Part shown: positions 22,224 through 24,000 of the stretch, one piece after another
Layout of the letters: each line of letters begins with the position of its first letter
How positions within the stretch are numbered: position 1 is the first letter of the stretch
NCBI GenBank assembly: GCA_046760225.1
Contig: JBHIDR010000002.1
Coordinates: 2,176 to 26,175 of the forward strand
Origin: Candidatus Aenigmatarchaeota archaeon
Lineage (GTDB): Archaea > Aenigmatarchaeota > Aenigmatarchaeia > Aenigmatarchaeales > JACQIB01
Reading direction: 5' to 3'
DNA: 24,000 bases
Made by a program: the position numbers and the translations under genes
Notes under the pieces: generated by a model
The model's database searches: none
What the model was told of the DNA's origin: nothing
Seen by the model: only the letters and a program-made list of their open reading frames with translations

Positions 22224-23384
22224 ATGTTTGTAAGAGACATAATGTCAACAAGGGTTCTCAGTCTCAAGCCATCTGACACTGTGAACAAGTTCATAGCGCT
22301 CATGGAAAACAAGCACGTGCATGAGGTGCCCATAATAGAGGACAAGAAGTTTCTTGGCATGGTAAGGTTCAAGGCCCTTGTGAGCAGGGGGGTTTCCAAC
22401 CCGGTGAAGCAGAAACTAAGGAGCCTGATGGACTTTCCTCCGCCCACGCTCGAGCCCGACATGTCTATTGAGGAAGCAGCCGAGCTGATTTCCAAGACAG
22501 GACTCAGGGCACTGCCTGTGCTGGAAAAGAAGAAAGTCGTGGGCATTGTGTCTATATTCGATATACTTGAGCTTGCTTCAAAATCAAAGGAATTCAGGCA
22601 GACCCCTGCAGAGAGCGTGATGTCCATTGCTCTTGTGACATCGCAGAATTCTGACATAGGCACAGTAAGGGTGATGATGAGGGAAAAGGCAATATCAAGG
22701 ATACCCCTTGTGGATGATGAGGGAAAAATCGTGGGAATAGTTGCTGCATTTGACCTCATGAAGGCAGTGAAGCAGTCAAAGGAAAAAATGACATGGTACA
22801 ATATGGCTGCTGAAATGGAAAGGGTTTCTGCAATGCCCATAAGCAACCTCATGAACAGGAAGCCGCCGACTGTAAGGAGAAGGGACAGCCTGAATGATGT
22901 TGTGAACAAGATGCTGAAACATAAGTGCTCGGGCATCACTGTTGCTGACAAGGGGGTGCCAGTGGGTATTGTGACTGTAAAGGACCTGCTGGAGGTCTTT
23001 GTTGCAGGCGGCGTTCAGAAAGGGGTCTATTACCATGCAATCGGGCTTGAGCATGAAAACGATTTCGTGGTGAGCACTGTGCACAGGATGATAGGCGACA
23101 GCATAGAAAAGATAGCCTCCATATACCCCATCCAGTTCATGTTCATACATTTCAAGAAATACAAGTACAGGGGCCTGAAGGCAAAGTGGTCTGTGAGGAT
23201 AAGGCTCATGACTGACAAGGGACTGTTCATGTCCAAGGCATGGGGCTGGGACCCAAGAGATGCTGTTGGAGATGCCCTGTACAGGCTGGAAAGGAACCTG
23301 ATAAAGAGGAAAAAAGAACTTAAAGATAAGATAAGGTATAATATAAGAAAACTAAAGGAATCACTAGGGCCCCAGACCAAATAA
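22224..23384 (+). CDS. four-CBS-domain protein with an HPF/RaiA (S30AE)-like C-terminal domain
   Basis: Four CBS repeats lie in aa 1-260. The C-terminus (IEKIASIY..FMFIHFKK....WSVRIRLMTDKGLFMSKAWGWDPRDAVGDALYRLERNLIKRKK) follows the beta-alpha-beta-beta-beta-alpha pattern of ribosome hibernation factors. Confidence 0.7.
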   Translation: MFVRDIMSTRVLSLKPSDTVNKFIALMENKHVHEVPIIEDKKFLGMVRFKALVSRGVSNPVKQKLRSLMDFPPPTLEPDMSIEEAAELISKTGLRALPVLEKKKVVGIVSIFDILELASKSKEFRQTPAESVMSIALVTSQNSDIGTVRVMMREKAISRIPLVDDEGKIVGIVAAFDLMKAVKQSKEKMTWYNMAAEMERVSAMPISNLMNRKPPTVRRRDSLNDVVNKMLKHKCSGITVADKGVPVGIVTVKDLLEVFVAGGVQKGVYYHAIGLEHENDFVVSTVHRMIGDSIEKIASIYPIQFMFIHFKKYKYRGLKAKWSVRIRLMTDKGLFMSKAWGWDPRDAVGDALYRLERNLIKRKKELKDKIRYNIRKLKESLGPQTK

Positions 23385-23391
23385 GTTTCCG

Positions 23392-23532
23392 GTGTTTTTT
23401 ATTCAGACCAAATGCGACAAGTGCAGAAAATCCATAAAGGAAGTTGGCAGGCTCAACAAGGTAAGGCGAAAAGGGGTCACGCAGAAAATATGCAAGCACT
23501 GCAGAAGGATAATAAGGCTTTCTTACAGATAA
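23392..23532 (+). CDS. possible small Zn-ribbon protein (46 aa, GTG start)
   Basis: Hand translation gives (M)FFIQTKCDKCRKSIKEVGRLNKVRRKGVTQKICKHCRRIIRLSYR, with CxxC...CxxC. Its stop abuts the convergent rhomboid stop (23532/23533). There is no clear SD. Confidence 0.3.
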   Translation: MFFIQTKCDKCRKSIKEVGRLNKVRRKGVTQKICKHCRRIIRLSYR

Positions 23533-24000
23533 TTACATCCATCTCTTTTCCCATTCCTCAATCTCTTCATTGCTCACAGAAGGTCTCTCCCTTGGTTGCC
23601 TTTTCTCACCGAATTCCTTGATCAGTGTGAAGCCGTATATCAGACCGAAGGCCAGGCCGAAAAGATGGGCTGCATTTGCTGTTTCTCCTGGAGCAAACAT
23701 TCCCATGATGTCTATTGCTGCCCATAGAATTGCTGCAACAAACATTGGCATTGGAATCCCTCCTATCCATACCATCATCCTTGGCCTGAGCACTGTTAGG
23801 GCGCCCAGTATGCTGAACAGTGCTCCGCTTGCTCCTAATGAAGCAGGATAAAATATTGCTGCACCAATGCTGGCAAATATTCCTCCTGAAAAGAAGAGTA
23901 TGAGGAACCTCCTGCTTCCGACTATTCTTTCGAGGATGAAGCCGAAAAGGGCAAGTGCGAACATGTTGTACATGAGGTGCTCTATGGAGCCATGGAGAAA
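23533..24000 (-). CDS. rhomboid-family intramembrane serine protease (N-terminus beyond the window end)
   Basis: HGSIEHLMYNM (H..H..N), catalytic GASGAL and AHLFG. The frame stays open to position 24000. Confidence 0.85.
   Translation of the reverse strand, partial: FLHGSIEHLMYNMFALALFGFILERIVGSRRFLILFFSGGIFASIGAAIFYPASLGASGALFSILGALTVLRPRMMVWIGGIPMPMFVAAILWAAIDIMGMFAPGETANAAHLFGLAFGLIYGFTLIKEFGEKRQPRERPSVSNEEIEEWEKRWM

Noticed and set aside
1-24000. A CRISPR array or other cas genes associated with the Cas4-like nuclease, plus tandem or interspersed repeats, IS elements or integrases.
   Set aside because: Reading both strands showed no regularly spaced direct repeats, no transposase or integrase ORFs and no tRNA attachment sites. 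The only repeats found are the two diverged gene-terminus duplications at the topo VI locus.

Overview
Archaeal chromosomal window with a compact genome: most genes abut or overlap. Hand counts of 60-nt lines give about 45-53% GC. Three patches are clearly AT-richer (about 23-35% GC): 3.26-4.70 kb, 14.11-14.28 kb and 16.86-18.43 kb. No rRNA, tRNA or CRISPR array was recognised.

Gene content is mostly housekeeping or accessory:
- QueD/PTPS, a CYTH protein, a stand-alone Cas4-like nuclease and a TrmB regulator.
- Two AAA_28-like ATPases, a HIT protein, an MFS transporter and an RBBP9/YdeN-type hydrolase.
- A MacB-type ABC transporter whose ATPase has an N-terminal YHS domain, plus an S-layer-like secreted protein.
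- A Rio1 - KH(Dim2-like) - MazG - top6B - top6A operon.
- A thioredoxin-fold protein, archaemetzincin and two tRNA-splicing endonuclease (EndA) paralogs flanking a nitroreductase.
- A 4xCBS protein with an HPF/RaiA-like C-terminus, and a rhomboid protease.

The standout region is the topoisomerase VI locus (14.06-18.49 kb):
1. top6B is interrupted inside its conserved AEFFEKN motif by a 30-nt in-frame, stop-containing insert. The insert folds into a textbook bulge-helix-bulge (BHB) motif, and the canonical cleavage sites coincide exactly with the junctions predicted from protein homology. This is a candidate mRNA intron.
2. The 3' third of top6A is AT-rich. It is followed by a structured spacer and a double-motif LAGLIDADG homing endonuclease gene, which is frameshifted in a T7 run. 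That ORF ends in a second, GC-richer copy of the top6A C-terminal codons.
3. A diverged copy of the first 18 codons of top6B sits directly after mazG. It lies upstream of a terminator-like hairpin, an AT-rich promoter-like tract and a strong SD.

The locus therefore looks like a homing-endonuclease-associated replacement cassette for topo VI, combined with EndA-dependent mRNA splicing.

A GC-rich structured RNA candidate of about 240 nt (18944-19182) could not be assigned to a known class.
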